Shown here: piece after piece, positions 1-11,090 of the stretch
How the letters are laid out: every line of letters begins with the position of its first letter
Position numbering within the stretch: the first letter of the stretch is position 1
NCBI GenBank assembly: GCA_002269645.1
Contig: NIVC01002347.1
Span: forward strand, 1 to 46,856
DNA length: 46,856 nt
DNA from: Macrostomum lignano
Lineage: Eukaryota
Reading direction: 5' to 3'
Notes under the pieces: model-generated
What the model was told of the DNA's origin: nothing
Seen by the model: the letters and a program-made list of their open reading frames with translations, nothing else
Database searches by the model: none
Made by a program: the position numbers and the translations under genes

Positions 1-2
1 AT

Positions 3-349
3 AAGCGCTGCCTGAAAACTGACGATAGATTGAATTACATCGATCACAGCCTGCTGATTGGCACCCAACAGCCTGATGAGAGTCTTCTTGACGCCTTCAT
101 CCTGTGCGATGGCGCTTTCACCTGGGCAGCTGTGAGCAGCAACTCTGATGAGTTAAACAGGGAATTCACCTGGCGATTAGCGTTCAATATCAATTCGCCA
201 CCGGAATGCGGAGACACCCTGGTGCTCAACTCCAGCGAGTTCAGTCCGTTGGCGCATCACCAGCATTGGCACAGTAAAATGCGCAGCGAATCTGTAGAGT
301 TCAACTGTACTAACAGGGTTTATCCATATCTGCACAAGACTAAGTACAG
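3..349 (+). CDS. Penultimate visible exon of an LDL-receptor class A domain protein (5' partial)
   Basis: Open frame from the window start (KRCLKTDDRLNYIDH...HKTKY). Donor TACAG|GTGTGT at 349/350 is phase 2, matching the acceptor at 1123/1124. Confidence 0.6.
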
Positions 350-584
350 GTGTGTTCTTCCGTGTCTGACCAAGGCACAGAGTTTGTACACTGCCTGAAG
401 ATGAGAATAGAAAGTCAGGGCCGATTTACATCCTGTCTGCTCAGTGGAATTGGGAATAACTGCAATGTACCGAGTTTATGATGTCATTTTCAGATGGTGC
501 AAACAAACTGCGACTTAAGTTGAAGGATGTACCATAGAAGAAAAATCTTATATTTTCAGGCACAAAAATAGCGATAGTGTTTTA

Positions 585-910
585 TGAAATGTATCCCACT
601 TTGCCTCTACGCCTTGTCTATGTCTCTAGTGCTTCGCTAGCGGAGATTCTCACTAAGTGACCTCCGCTGCCATAGACAATAAAATTAACTCTTTGAGCCA
701 AGGTGAGGCTGGTTAAACACTTTCTTCTACCATGGACAAAACGTGTCTTGCGAATACAGGGAGCGGAGAATACTCGTAATCTCCGCGAATCTAGTCAATA
801 TTCTCCGCTCCTTGCATTCGTGGGATACATTTCAATAACCAACTGAAACTCGGAGAATGTCTATGGCAAATGCATATACATAGACATTCTCCTCGTTTCG
901 GTAGGCTATT
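585..910. repeat. Cluster of nested inverted repeats (foldback/MITE-like) in the LDLa gene intron
   Basis: Perfect 15-bp IR 585-599/820-834 encloses IR 614-622/671-679 and a 20/22 IR 751-772/799-820. Adjacent perfect 14-bp IR 852-865/879-892 extends imperfectly to about 834/910. Confidence 0.75.
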
Positions 911-1123
911 ATACATCAGATCAAATTCCTACCTTTCTATACGAGTTAGCATAAAGTCCAAATCTAAAAAAATGAAGTTAACTCTAAGAAGAAGTGCTAT
1001 TTAGAGAGGCTCCTTGGTAGCACATACAGCTACGTTAAGTTATCAGAAAATTATCAAGAGATGGCGAAAAATAGTATGGGCAGAAAGTAGACTTGAAACA
1101 GTCTGTATTTATTCCGCACACAG

Positions 1124-1535
1124 ATTTGCTAAATTATCGTGGCGTCGCTCGAACATGACTCGAGCATCGGGCATGACAATATCCGTACTAATCTATGCCC
1201 GCTTCCGAGTCCATCTGACCCGAGAAGATCGATTATCGAGCTGTGTAAAGTACATGTACAATGGTTTCTGGTGCGGCTCGAGCTCCATGAATGACACCGG
1301 CGGCCACTGCATCTACAGCAATCACTATTGCAACGGCTACGATGACTGTCTGGACGCTGGCAGTGCCTCTGATCTGTCTTCGGACGAAATTGACTGTCAG
1401 AGACATTTTCACGGGATAGATTTTTTAGGTCCTGGTCAGTCGTCAGGACTGGGCCCTTCGGCTGGAGTGATCGCCCTGATGCTGTTGGCTGTGTTGGCTT
1501 CGCAATTGCTAATTAGTCGTCAAATAATTGTTTAA
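1124..1535 (+). CDS. Last exon of an LDLa-domain protein with a hydrophobic C-terminus (TM or GPI signal)
   Basis: Acceptor CACAG|A restores the frame (Y-R-F-A-K). Six-Cys LDLa pattern SC..FWC..HCIYSNHYCNGYDDC..SDEIDC, then GVIALMLLAVLASQLLI and TAA at 1533-1535. Confidence 0.75.
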
Positions 1536-1640
1536 TTAGCGCCGCTATAGGTTTTTTAATCAAAGCATCAAAACTGCAATTTACCATTTACACTGCAGAG
1601 TAGTATGCAGACTCCATGTTTACAGATTTACTGACACGTT

Positions 1641-1830
1641 GGAAACGTTATCGTGACAATAATCGCAAAATAACCATTGCTTTTTTCAACGACTCAAACG
1701 ACTACGAGTATAGTGCGACGGAGAGGCGACTGTTGAGTCACGAGAGCATCACGTGAGTTTTAGGAATCGTAGAAAGAGTCGAAAAATTCGTCCAATAGTC
1801 GTTGTGCTAGTACTTAACTTTCTACCAATT
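1641..1830. repeat. Dispersed repeat, copy 1 (GACTC/GAGTC-rich)
   Basis: Collinear similarity to about 5629-5830: cgtgacaataat, aacgactcaaac, catcac.tgagtt.tag. Confidence 0.55.
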
Positions 1831-2550
1831 ATAGTAAACTAAGTAACAGTTGTTATAAATACGAAAGCGCCCATGAGTAGCAGACAATTAAACGTCTAAA
1901 ATTAACTCATGCGACTCTGACGACTTTTACCGACGACATTTCGACGTTTTATAGAGTCGTATACTGTAGAGTCACTCCTTTCCGATTTTAACCGTGTCAT
2001 CTGCAGCAACTCCAGGCGCTTTTTGGTCTGGGTCACAGAAGTTTGGAACTCCCACGAACTAAAAAAAATATCAAAAAGTATTAATGCTTGCAATGAAATA
2101 TTGAAATTGAAAGATTAGAAGCTAAAAAAATGAAATGCATCATTAACATACTACGTGACACAGAAAATCTAGAATCATTTTTACAATACGCTCTAATAGT
2201 TATTAAAATAGTTTATCGATGGTTTTACCTCACCTAGTCGCAATGTTTTACAGCTCAATGCTTTATCATGCGAGCTAAAATCTAGTCATATCTTATAGTT
2301 TATTTTTATATTCTGCTTAAGCACTGCTGTTTATCCTAAAAAGATACCTTACTGAGATGCTTATTTTGCTTATTATTATTGTTCCCTATTTAAAGTGTAC
2401 AATGTAAATTTTCCAAAAATTATATTTATTTCTTCGCATTCGAAAATGTATATTTTTGTCTAAGCTTATATTCTTTTCAATAATTATCAAATTATTTTGA
2501 TCTTCTAGAATGTAACCCCAACCGCTCATTAACCAGGCCCGTTGTCTTCA

Positions 2551-3380
2551 GAATGTACATGCTCCCACCCCTCACTAAGCAGGCCCGGTATCTCTTCAAA
2601 ATGTACATCAGAATGTACATGCTCCAACCCCTCACTAAGCAGGCCCGTTATCTCTTCAAAATGTACATCAGAATGTACATGCTCCAACCCCTCACTAAGC
2701 AGGCCCGTTATCTCTTCAAAATGTACATCAGAATGTACATGCTCCAACCCCTCACTAAGCAGGCCCGTTATCTCTTCAAAATGTACATCAGAATGTACAT
2801 GCTCCAACCCCTCACTAAGCAGGCCCGTTATCTCTTCAAAATGTACATCAGAATGTACATGCTCCAACCCCTCACTAAGCAGGCCCGTTATCTCTTCAAA
2901 ATGTACATCAGAATGTACATGCTCCAACCCCTCACTAAGCAGGCCCGTTATCTCCTACATCAATTAAGAATGCACATGCTTCCATCCCTTACTAACCAGG
3001 CCCCTTATCTCCTACATCAATTAAGAATGCACATTCTCCCACCCCTTACTAACCAGGCCCCTTATCTCCTACATCAATTAAGAATGCACATGCTTCCATC
3101 CCTTACTAACCAGGCCCCTTATCTCCTACATCAATTAAGAATGCACATTCTCCCACCCCTTACTAACCAGGCCCCTTATCTCCTACATCAATTAAGAATG
3201 CACATGCTTCCATCCCTTACTAACCAGGCCCCTTATCTCCTACATCAATTAAGAATGCACATGCTTCCACCCCTTACTAACCAGGCCCGAACTTATTTAT
3301 TCAAAATGTACATCAGAATGTACATGAACCACCACTCACTAAACAAGCCCGTTATCTCTTTAAAAAGTACACCAGAATAT
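2551..3380. repeat. Compound VNTR: 60-bp units followed by 57-bp units
   Basis: Units start with gaatgtacat at 2551, 2611 ... 2911 (60-bp period), then gaatgcacat at 2968, 3025 ... 3253 (57-bp period), then a degenerate 60-type unit at 3316. Confidence 0.95.
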
Positions 3381-3450
3381 AAGTAAACTCTAGCTAGCCA
3401 GTGTTTATCAAATTTACAATTTTGCATGTAAAAACGAATCAATCGCCGAG

Positions 3451-4284
3451 ATGAGCGGCAACCGAAAGTCAGTCAATAAGCCAGTTAAAGCTTCCCTGGA
3501 GTGGGTGCTCGATGACCTTCATTATCAGTACCAGCCTTCGGCTCCATCGAATCCAGACGAGCGGGCTCAGCTTCATCAAGACGAAGAGCTAAACCAGCTG
3601 CTAGCGAGATTGAAGAGCAAGTTCGCTCCTCCTGAACCGGCTTATCTGCAACTGCAAATGAAAGTCGAATCCGGCATGCTCTCGAACGAAGATGATCCCT
3701 ATTTCGTGTCCAGTCGTGCTCAGCAACCAGATTTTGCAGATTCCGTAGCTTCGGTTGTTGAAATTGAATCTTCTCCGACTGCTGCTATAATGGCTCCGAC
3801 TCTGAACTCGACAATTAGCAGATTAGCTAATTACCTGTCCGATAAACACGGCGGAGATTTCGGTAATGCAGGTAGTAATAGTCAGTCGGTTTATCGAGCT
3901 GCCCACGACAACGGACAGCCGATGGAACAGCAGAAGCAGATGTCGTCTCAGGTGTTGCAAAACGGACGTCAGCAGAAGGCATTACAACAGCAGTTCGATT
4001 ATCCGCAACACGTGTCCGTTGCTGCGATGAAGGCTCGGCTGCTGAGCGTGGATCAGGAGAAGCGCTTCTCTTGCTACATCTGCCAGCGCAGGTTCCACCT
4101 GTTCGCTCACCTTCGCAACCACTTGGAGACGCACACGGGCGAGAAGAGGCACGAGTGCGAGCAGTGCGGCAAGTGCTTCGCCACCCTGACCAGCTTGAAG
4201 CGTCACGTGCCGATTCATCATTCGGATAAAAAGTACAGATGCTCCGTGTGCGGCAAGGCCTACGCTAATCAAGGCTACCTGAAG
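3451..4284 (+). CDS. C2H2 zinc-finger transcription factor, exon 1 (N-terminal low-complexity region, fingers 1-2 and first part of finger 3)
   Basis: CYICQRRF..HLETH-TGEKRH-CEQCGKCF..HVPIH-CSVCGKAYANQGYLK, then donor AAG|GTACAT at 4284/4285. Confidence 0.85.
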
Positions 4285-4334
4285 GTACATTCCACTGTCT
4301 GGAGCTTAATGAGTTTTAATTTCAATAAACTTAG

Positions 4335-4392
4335 CTATGTATCTATCTGTCTGTATCTATCTTTTTTTTATTTATCTATCTATCTATCTATT

Positions 4393-4431
<39 letters not shown>

Positions 4432-4475
4432 GCTATCTATCTATCTATTTTATCTATCTATCTATCTATCTATCC

Positions 4476-4538
<63 letters not shown>

Positions 4539-4572
4539 CATCTATCTATATATCTATCTATCTATCTATCTT

Positions 4573-4618
<46 letters not shown>

Positions 4619-4620
4619 CA

Positions 4621-4668
<48 letters not shown>

Positions 4669-4682
4669 CATCTATCTATCCA

Positions 4683-4744
<62 letters not shown>

Positions 4745-4775
4745 CCTATCTATCTATCCATCTATATATCTATCC

Positions 4776-4821
<46 letters not shown>

Positions 4822-4870
4822 TTATCAGTTCATCAATCCATCTATCTATCTGTCTATCTATTTATATATC
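4335..4870. repeat. (TATC)n / GATA microsatellite inside the zinc-finger gene intron
   Basis: About 530 bp of interrupted TATC repeats. Confidence 0.97.
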
Positions 4871-4935
4871 TTTTTACGAGCGTACCTATTCATCAACTTG
4901 CCCATCAACCCTCACACCAAACCCATCTGTCCCAG

Positions 4936-5334
4936 GTGCACATGCGGATACACCGTGACGAGAAGCCATTCGACTGCGAACTGTGCGGCCGCGCCTTCCG
5001 CCAGCTGGCCCACCTGAACCACCACCTGCTGACCCACACGGGCGACAAGCCGCACAAGTGCGACCTGTGCGGCCAGCGCTTCCGCCAGGCCAACACGCTG
5101 GACGATCACATGCGCCTGCACACCGGGGAGCGGCCCCACTGCTGCCCCATCTGCGGCAAGAGCTTCACCCACCGGCTCAGCCTGAAGCTGCACATGAAAT
5201 ATCACCCTAGCGAAGCCGCTGCTAGCGCCATCTTGGCTAATCACGGCCGAGTGTCCTTGCAAAAGCGACAGAACCAGCAGCAACGCCTGATGGTTGAACA
5301 ATCTGACGATGTTGTGGAAATAATCGCCGATTGA
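4936..5334 (+). CDS. C2H2 zinc-finger transcription factor, exon 2 (end of finger 3, fingers 4-6). Spliced protein is 410 aa.
   Basis: Acceptor CCCAG|GTGCAC completes finger 3 (YLK|VHMRIH). Canonical TGDKPH/TGERPH linkers. Stop TGA at 5332-5334. Confidence 0.9.
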   Translation: MHMRIHRDEKPFDCELCGRAFRQLAHLNHHLLTHTGDKPHKCDLCGQRFRQANTLDDHMRLHTGERPHCCPICGKSFTHRLSLKLHMKYHPSEAAASAILANHGRVSLQKRQNQQQRLMVEQSDDVVEIIAD

Positions 5335-5628
5335 TATTTCAGGTTGTCTTGGTTGGTTGTGCGCCCGGAGTTAAAACAGATGAATTTTTTTTCAAACTGC
5401 ATCACTCGAATATTTTGTTTATCTACATTATAATAGACATTATTGTGCTAGAAAATACATCTTTTTCAGCTGTTTTCTCACCTGCTGAACTTCTGAATAT
5501 CGGATCAGATCATTTGAAGCTAGTAAGGTGAGCACAACAGTTGACTGTCAGCGATTTGGGTTAGGGTTATGTTTAGCATTCAATTTTTGTTGACCTTTTT
5601 AAAAGCTTTATATGAAAAAGTTTATGTT

Positions 5629-5830
5629 GAAAACGTGACCGTGACAATAATTGCTAAAAACATCATTGCGAACAACTCACTAGTGACTCTAGCGACTCTG
5701 GTTCGATTCTTGTGGCTTTTAAACGACTCAAACAACTGAAGAAGTTGCTGTTAAGTCAAAAGTACATCACTTGAGTTATAGAGTCGTAAAACATTCATTC
5801 CATAATCGTTTGTGTTACCAGGTACTCAGG
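5629..5830. repeat. Dispersed repeat, copy 2 (same family and orientation as 1641-1830)
   Basis: gaaaacgtgaccgtgacaataattgc versus ggaaacgttatcgtgacaataatcgc, plus shared downstream blocks. Confidence 0.55.
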
Positions 5831-6915
5831 TAGACGAAAAAGTTGTTTTAGCTAACTGCGACCCCAGACCCCAGGGTCATTATAGAAGCGTCCCTAAGTC
5901 ACTTGCGTCGCACCGGAGTCGCAAACAATGAGTCGTGACATCTTGTCGTTCTAGAGTCAGCTCCTTCCTGTTTTACCTGTGTTACCTGCAACGACTCTGG
6001 CTTCTAAGCCTGGGTATCACTTTCATCGGGCTGGTTTGATACAAAATTAATTTGACAATACCGGTGGACACGCAAGCAGTTATATGCATTCAATTTAAAC
6101 TTTAGAGATGCAATAGGTAACAGTTCTATTTAATACAGTATGTATATAATATAACACTGATAATACAGGTTTTATTTAACCTATTCAACAGCTGTATGCA
6201 TAACTATAAACTTTCGCAGCATTTAATTTATGCTAGTTTACTATTTTGGCTTATCAATGTACTCGTATAATTTACTATTTCAGTTGTACTTTTAATTAAC
6301 ATTCAGCGCACATGGTGATTTAACAGGCTAGCATTTCTATTGTAAGTCCAAATATGACATCTGCGACTCCAGACTGTGCTAAAATTAATACTCGTATGCT
6401 GCTCATATCTAAATAAGTTTTTTTGTTATCTTTTTGGTGCTTCAATTGACTCGATGTTGCATTGGACGTAACAGTTTTTTAATATTACGTTAGAAAGTTA
6501 TTTTCTTGTATTAAGATATCTACTTGTAAGTTTGCGTTTTCATCCAACTGTTTTCGTAAATTGTTGAATTGATAATACAACATACTGGACAGCTTAGTTG
6601 GTGCCTTGTAGACTTGCTGAGAATGCTGTTTGTTTTTTGTATTCAGGATAGAAATATTTCTTGTCGGTCTTATCTTCATAATTAATTCGATTTTACTAAA
6701 CTCGTACGTCTGCGGCAGAGGTATAGTGACACAACTTCTATAGAAAGACACTACAATGTATTTTCTTAGAAAGAAGCTGAGTGCTGGTAAGGAGCGTATA
6801 TTTGTCGCATCTCTGGTGCATTCAGTATGCGCTGGAGAACGCATAAAGCGCCTAGTGGGGTTTTGACATAGACAAATCCTGTCAAGAAACTATTGAGCAT
6901 AGGGCGAGTCTAGTT

Positions 6916-7280
6916 CACAGATTCTATAAACACTAGATGGCTCACTCAGCGAAAAATCTTGCTCCCAAACAGATCGTCTATGGTTGGAATCGCTATTTTT
7001 AGCCCTAGTGTTAAACGCAGGCTTTTAATGTGTTCTATACTCTTCTACTTTGTTCTATTCTTCTAGCTATGGGAAGTGAAAGCGAAAGCAGGAGAAAGAA
7101 CTGGGTGTGCTAGAATCAGTGAGAGAAAAGTTTTTTTGCTGGCTCTACGCTAGTTATAAGCTGCTGGCGCGGGGGGGGGGGCGAAGTCTCGCGAGCGAGG
7201 GATTCCAACCATAGACAGTGAGAATTTGGCCTCCACTGAAGGAATGGAGAGTGAGCCATCTAGTGTTAATAGAATCTGTG
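6916..7280. mobile_element. Non-autonomous hAT-type DNA transposon (MITE), 365 bp
   Basis: 32-bp TIRs (6916-6947/7249-7280, 1 mismatch) starting CACAGA. Perfect 8-bp TSD GTCTAGTT (6908-6915, 7281-7288). Internal perfect 16-bp IR 6976-6991/7201-7216. Confidence 0.9.
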
Positions 7281-8165
7281 GTCTAGTTCGATCAAGAACT
7301 TAGTCGAACGTTGTTTCATATAACCCACAGTATATTCTGTGATATAACCTGCGTCTTCTAAAAACTCCTCTGTTAACTAACCCTGATCTGCAGCTACATG
7401 TAGGCTACATGTTCAACAAAATCTCCGTTAAAAATTGCATTCAATTTGAGCTCTGTGTACAAAATCCATAGCCCTTGAAAATGGATAGATATAGGTTTGC
7501 ACACAGACAAATAAAATGCCTAGACAACATTTTTATAGTCCCGTTGAAATCGAAGATAATTCTTAAAAGTAAATGAACGAAAATCGAACACCTGTTTTTC
7601 CAGTGATCGCACTGAGAGTCATCCCCTCGAAAAAGAGCATTTAGCTGATTGAGTTCAAGTTCATTTTTCTTGATTCTGCTCTAGCAGGTCGAAAAAATTC
7701 TCTATAACTGCCGAGGCCCGTTTCAAAGCTGTTTATTTAAGGATAAGGCATATTAGACTTAGAAATTGCGTCCATTTTTTTAGTTTAGTTTTACTAAACA
7801 CGTTAAACATCTACAGATTCCTTAATGCTTCATCAATGAAACAAAATATTAATCTACTCGTAGCTACATCAAATTATCCGATCCACAGACAAATTTTAAG
7901 TAGGACTGGCACAAATAGTGTCATGCAATGGAGGGCCAATGAACAAATTTTTGTGAGAACTTGACTCTATTTGACGCATGCAATCGTGCTCCAGGTTGTG
8001 AGGCCACTTAAAAATCCCTTCTAAATACAATATGAACTTTTGACTGTGGGTCGTTCCGATAAATATGATAATATTTTTTGAATATTTTGATTAATTCAAA
8101 GTATGCTTTACAGTTTTAGCACTTATAATTGAGGAAAGCTAAACGCACGAAGCGAGAGCTCGGGA

Positions 8166-8482
8166 TCATTTCTGCTTCCAGCCGTGCTGCATCATATCGG
8201 CAGCTGACCAGCCTCGGAGCATGGCTGCCGAGTCCTGCCGAGATTCATAGCTACCACCGCACCATGACTCGGCTGGCTTTGTCGACCCATGCATCACTGC
8301 CAGCATAGCGCACCGCTCTAGAGACAGCGGGTACATCGGCTGCTTGAGTGCCGCTTCTAGAAACGCCGCCAACGGTTCCAAGTGAGTCGAACGGGCGCGG
8401 AAATTTGTGTGCAGATCTTCAACCAGGTGAATAATCGCGTCAGGCTCTGGCAGGTGTGACGGGCTCATTTTGTGTAGATTGG
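8166..8482 (-). CDS. FOXRED2: FAD-dependent oxidoreductase domain-containing protein 2, exon 3
   Basis: Acceptor TTTCAG|CC (phase 1). LPEPDAIIHLVEDL..HLEPLAAFLE resembles the FOXRED2 C-terminal region as recalled. Stop TGA at 8168-8166. Confidence 0.85.
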
Positions 8483-8974
8483 CTGAAATTGAAGTCGATT
8501 ACTCACTGTGTTACAGAGATAATAGTCTTGAACCCCCCTGTCTTGGACTCCTGAGCAAACACAAGCACACGTACAGTATCCACGAACGTGCATGTACACA
8601 AGCACATTCGTACATGCACAACCCCCCTGATTTACATTGGCCATGCGACTTACTTTTTGACTAAAAATGCGACTTACCTACGAAAGAAACCCTAACGCAA
8701 TTTTGGGTAAACGGCAGGAGTAACTATGACTGTCTTATGAGGGCTAAATGCCTTGTCATCTAGTTAGTACTACGTCTGTATTCTTTAGGCTGGGCATTTT
8801 TGCGACTTACCCCTGGTCCACCACAATTTACGGTGGCCAGATCGGCCAGGTCGGCCAGCAGTTGCGCATGTATGAGCACATTTCTCATCTTCAGGCATTT
8901 AGGTCGTACGTACTCGGTGCCTTGAGGGGGATTGGCCCTCATCCACATTAACCGAACGACAAGCAACAACTTAC

Positions 8975-9231
8975 TTCTGGTATCGGTCGGCAACGAGTTG
9001 TATTGGTAAATCACCGGGTGCAGAAAGTTGCACTCGTACGCATCTTCTGGTGAGCAGCTGGCTCGCTCCTCGTGAAACACGTCGAGCGCTGGGCCGGAGA
9101 AGTTCTTGCCGTACTCAAAAGCGAAAACGAATAGCAGGCTGTCTCGGCCCACTGGGTGGCCACTGGCCGACGGCAGGCTTGGTAACAGCCGCAGGGGGAA
9201 CTCCTCGAGTAATGTAAAGCTTGAGGCGGCT
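8975..9231 (-). CDS. FOXRED2: FOXRED2 exon 2
   Basis: Acceptor GAGCAG|A (phase 2) and donor A|GTAAGT (phase 1). Motifs LEEFP, FEYGKNFSGP..DVF, NFLHPVIY. Confidence 0.88.
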
Positions 9232-9699
9232 CTGCTCGGTGTTTATAAGAGAAGTTGCGTTTACGCTCGTATGTAGAGGCTTTTAAAACTGTCGAAGGTC
9301 TGAATTTTGGTTTACTAAATTTTCCTGGTATGATTGGCTACAGTGCTCTCAGGGTTCTGAGAACCTTGGCTACAATGGTTTCTAGTCTGACATGGCTTCT
9401 AGGAAAGCGAAAATGTCTTTTTATGGTGTCAAGGTTTCTGTGGAATGCCAAGGTCTCTCTCTGACTCGGTGCCAAGGTCTGACATCTTAAGGTCTCAAAC
9501 GGGATCCCTATAGGTTTCTACGAGTAGCTACCGACGGGGGGGGGCAAGGTCAAAATGAATACAAAAGTTCTTTTAGAATGCTGGTGACCCAAAGTGTGCT
9601 TATCCCTTTCTTAATTTCTATTCAAATTCCTCGAGGTTTTGATTTTTAACGAAACTACGCTCGCAAACATGCGCAAATTTATGTCAATCCCGGACGCAC

Positions 9700-11090
9700 C
9701 TATCGACAATAAACACATCGCCAAGATTCTGGAACATCTGGTAGTTGCCGGAGCCTTCGTTGATTCGACGTACCATGGTGTCAATCAGGCCAGTCAACGG
9801 CTGCTTCAGCGAAGGCCAAGGCCTGTCATGTCGCTTCGCATCCAAGTGTCGCTGCAATGCTCTCACGGTGTACCGGAAGCCGTGGATGAATCCACCGGCA
9901 GCTTTGCGATAGTCAAGGCTGTGCGTCAAAGTGCCAGCGAAGTACAGTCCAGGAATGTCGGTGGACTCGTAGCTTGGTGTTATTTTCGGATATTTGCCAT
10001 TTCTCACCGTAGTAACGTTTGGCAACCATGACCGATCGAATTCGAATCCGTTTGCTCGAATAACTACGTCATAATTAAAGTTAACAATGCCTTCGCCTTC
10101 CAACTCAACTGAGAATGAAGAGTTTTTGTTGCCGATTTTTGACAAAAGTTTTGTCTCAAACAGTCCACGAGTATTTTCTTCAAATAGAGTTTGGTCCAAA
10201 TCATTTTCTAAATCCTTGGGACCGACAGCCAGACTGCCATCGGGTCTACGCAAAACGAACAAATCATTGGCGTCGTACTCTAGAAGACCATCAATTGACT
10301 TCAGCTGGTAAGTGTCCAGCAGTTCGTTATTGACAGCTCGAACATCGCCAACGTAATGCGAGCTCCAGGCAAGTCTGACCCTGTTCCTTGACATCAGGTG
10401 GATGAGCTTGGTGCGGCCATAGATGTGAGCAGCCGTCTCAAAGGCGGTGTTGCCTTTGCCAATAATTAATACTCGCTTATTTTCGTAGTCGGCTGGATTT
10501 AGAGACATGTCATCATACGATGAGGTGTGCTCCAGTCCGGTAATGTTGAGGGGTTTCATCTTAAACAAGCCTGTAGCTACAATCACAACTTGACAGTGAT
10601 ATTGACCTTGGCTCGTCTCTAGACTGAATCGATACTCTGAGCTCTCTGTCAGCCGATGCAAACCCGTGACTTCCGTCTTGAAGTGAACATTCAAATTGAA
10701 TCGCTCTTTGAAGTCTTTCAGGTAAAGCAGCAGATCTTGTCGTTTTGGGAACATTTTTATCGAGTAATAGCGCATCTGCATCTGCTCATCGTTTGACAGC
10801 AGACTGTTCCAATCGTGTCGCAGTGAATACTCCGTGTTTCTCGAGTCCGTGCGCCTTTTGTTGATGCTGATAAGCGTGTCGTGACGCGGATAGGTCTCGA
10901 AAAATGCTCCGGGCCTGTCCCCGCGTTCAATGATTGCGTAATCGTGCTCGGCTGCCCGGAGGAAGTAGCCGAGCTGCAGACCGGCAGGCCCAGCGCCAAT
11001 GACGCAATACTCATGCTTTCGCAGCGATTGCGACGCCGCTAAGACTATGAACACGGCGCTTACTAACAGAATTTGCTCCACCAGCTGCAT
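9700..11090 (-). CDS. FOXRED2: FOXRED2/ERFAD exon 1: signal peptide plus flavoprotein domain. Spliced CDS is 1965 nt, 654 aa.
   Basis: Signal peptide MQLVEQILLVSAVFIVLAA. Rossmann motif YCVIGAGPAGLQLGYFL, YPRH..LISINK..LRHDWNSLLS, second motif IIGKGNTAFE, GGFIHGFRY. Donor AG|GTGCGT at 9700/9699. Confidence 0.93.

Noticed and set aside
2529-3386. ORFs of 132-277 aa over the VNTR
   Set aside because: The 60- and 57-bp units are multiples of 3 and are open on both strands. There is no evidence of coding.
3451-5334. 627-aa single-exon ORF
   Set aside because: It contains a GT-AG intron (4285-4935) whose removal restores finger 3, so it is reported as a 2-exon gene.
6485-6844. 119-aa minus-strand ORF
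   Set aside because: AT-rich, with no recognisable motif or supported splice sites.
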